DNA of 64,000 nucleotides from a candidate division TM6 bacterium GW2011_GWF2_37_49 (GTDB lineage Bacteria; Babelota; Babeliae; Babelales; RVW-14): NCBI GenBank assembly GCA_000989955.1, contig LBTE01000005.1, positions 22,405 to 86,404 of the forward strand, read 5' to 3'. Shown piece by piece: positions 62,765 to 64,000 of this stretch (position 1 is its first letter; each line of letters starts with the position of its first letter). The notes under the pieces were generated by a model. It saw only the letters and a program-made list of their open reading frames with translations, ran no database searches and was not told where the DNA came from. The position numbers and the translations under genes were made by a program.

Positions 62765-62908
62765 ATAAGTCATACATCAACGTATAATCACTATAACATT
62801 GAATTAATAAGGTCTACAGCGAAAACAATAAATTTTAAGATACGGCCTGCCACAACTGATCCAGAGCTAGCGTTCGAGCAAAATTTTCCAAAACTGCGCA
62901 AAGTAGCT
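62765..62908 (-). repeat. dispersed intergenic repeat family, copy R6 (reverse, diverged)
   Basis: The reverse complement reads ACTTTGCGCAGTTTTGGAAAATTTTGCTCGAACGC..CTGGATCAGTTGTGGCAGGCCGTATCTTAAAATTTATTGTTTTCGCTG..TACGTTGATGTATGAC. Confidence 0.7.
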
Positions 62909-62973
62909 TTGCATTTTAAACACCGCTGCTGCAGCGGTTAATGAATCACACCTAAACAAGCTACTAATCGTGA

Positions 62974-63816
62974 TTATTTTTGAATTTTATTATTATTTGC
63001 GACCAAAATCATATTATAAATAATATCTCGATCTGCCTGTGAGACGTATTTTTTTACATCAAAATTTGTTTTTAAATCTACAATGTTTTCATTTAACAAA
63101 AAAAATGCTTTAAAAATAGTTATATTTTCTACGAGACCTTCTGTTAATTCTTCTACTGAAAATTTACCCAAATCTGACTCTGGCTTCTTTTTTGTGTTTA
63201 TCAAAAACGCAATAACGGTTTTTCCTTCTTTCAAAGGTTTAACGCTAGCTATCAAATCAGTTTTTTGGTTAACTTCATACAAGGCTTTTACCAAAACCTT
63301 GTTAAAAAAATATTTTGGATCTGAATACTGAGTATGCTTCAGACCTAAGTAACGCCTCAAGCATAAAATAGGAATTAGCTTGAGATAGCTCCATAAGTTA
63401 AATATATAGCATAATCTATACAAAAAAATAGAATATCTGGATGTAAACTCAAACGAGTTTAGTTTGATGGTTAAGTCTAGTTCAAATTTATTTGAAAAAA
63501 ACATTCGCAGGTGTTGAGGATATTGATAACACAAATGATCGTCTCTTATTTTAATATATTCAAAATAAATTTCCATCGGATTATGCGTACGCTTGCCTTG
63601 CATGCTGTTTAATTTATTTAAAACAATACTTTTATTTATAGATGGTAAGTAGATTAATAAATTTTCAAGTGGTATTTCATGATCTTCTGCCGTTAATAAA
63701 TTTTTATGTGCGAAAAATAGCAGTACATTCCATATTTTTTGCTCTGTTAAACTATAATTGTATATAATTGGACTAACGCAATAAGAATGAAAAATATAAA
63801 AATCTTTATACATCAT
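62974..63816 (-). CDS. Rep_3/RepB-like replication-initiator-family protein (tentative)
   Basis: 280 aa. YNYSLTEQKIWNVLLFFAHKNL...IPLENLLIYL and ..FEFTSRYSIFLYRLCYIFN resemble the plasmid initiator pattern (y.Ls..eqrl....l..i..., ..lkS.Ya.RLYelL). Very AT-rich. Confidence 0.4.
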   Translation of the reverse strand: MMYKDFYIFHSYCVSPIIYNYSLTEQKIWNVLLFFAHKNLLTAEDHEIPLENLLIYLPSINKSIVLNKLNSMQGKRTHNPMEIYFEYIKIRDDHLCYQYPQHLRMFFSNKFELDLTIKLNSFEFTSRYSIFLYRLCYIFNLWSYLKLIPILCLRRYLGLKHTQYSDPKYFFNKVLVKALYEVNQKTDLIASVKPLKEGKTVIAFLINTKKKPESDLGKFSVEELTEGLVENITIFKAFFLLNENIVDLKTNFDVKKYVSQADRDIIYNMILVANNNKIQK

Positions 63817-64000
63817 CGCTCCTTTGTCTAGCTTTTGCTTCCGGTATTAGTTTATGCATAAATTCCCTCTCAGCTAAGGAAATATACCTATCAACGCAAA
63901 ATTTACCAACTTCAACATGTTCATTGTAAAGAAAAAATGCTTTTAAAAAAGCAAAACAATGTAAAACAAAATCAGCCAGCTCAGCATCTGCCACTTCAAA
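63806..64000 (-). CDS. paralogue of the Rep-like protein, only the C-terminus inside the window
   Basis: ..ELADFVLHCFAFLKAFFLYNEHVEVGKFCVDRYISLAEREFMHKLIP aligns with ..LTEGLVENITIFKAFFLLNENIVDLKTNFDVKKYVSQADRDIIYNMIL of the neighbour. The frame is open to the window edge. Overlaps the next start by 11 nt. Confidence 0.5.
   Translation of the reverse strand, partial: FEVADAELADFVLHCFAFLKAFFLYNEHVEVGKFCVDRYISLAEREFMHKLIPEAKARQRSDDV

Noticed and set aside
6229..62908. Classifying the 13-copy intergenic repeat as a MITE or as IS remnants
   Set aside because: I could not find terminal inverted repeats, flanking target-site duplications or any transposase fragment. I therefore left it as an unclassified dispersed repeat rather than calling it a mobile element.

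Overview
This window is an AT-rich bacterial chromosomal segment with about 50 credible genes, mostly on the minus strand. I saw no rRNA, tRNA, CRISPR array, transposase or integrase.

Housekeeping genes: a P-type ATPase (5' end cut by the window), atpD-atpC, holB-tmk, a DegT-type aminotransferase, acs, an Amidase_3 enzyme, a GT-ugd-GT sugar operon, trx, dciA-TPR-murG, a tandem-fused ddl, rpe, dcd-thyX, asnS and rplS.

These are interleaved with many exported, effector-like proteins:
- a 1,760-aa ankyrin-repeat protein;
- a ~780-aa leucine-rich-repeat (LRR) protein whose tail carries alternating YPDL and PSAP motifs;
- a collagen-like protein with a BclA/C1q-like C-terminal domain;
- a 1,840-aa acidic secreted protein co-oriented with a putative beta-barrel outer-membrane protein;
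- a secreted GNAT acetyltransferase;
- a secreted alpha/beta hydrolase interrupted by two in-frame TAG codons;
- an orphan periplasmic binding protein paired with a pentameric ligand-gated-channel-like protein.

The gene content looks like a host-associated, amoeba-symbiont-like bacterium. A Dependentiae/TM6-like or similar lineage is only a guess.

The non-coding DNA is unusual. At least 13 copies of one ~160-bp repeat family fill nearly every long spacer. A GIY-YIG nuclease gene is bracketed by a perfect 30-bp inverted repeat made of GAAA-loop hairpins, and orphan copies of that hairpin lie elsewhere. A more G+C-rich island at 31.4-37.4 kb carries two AAA+/DUF4143 ATPase-nuclease genes, each ending at the edge of a repeat copy.

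All homology calls are from motif recognition by eye. No database search was run.
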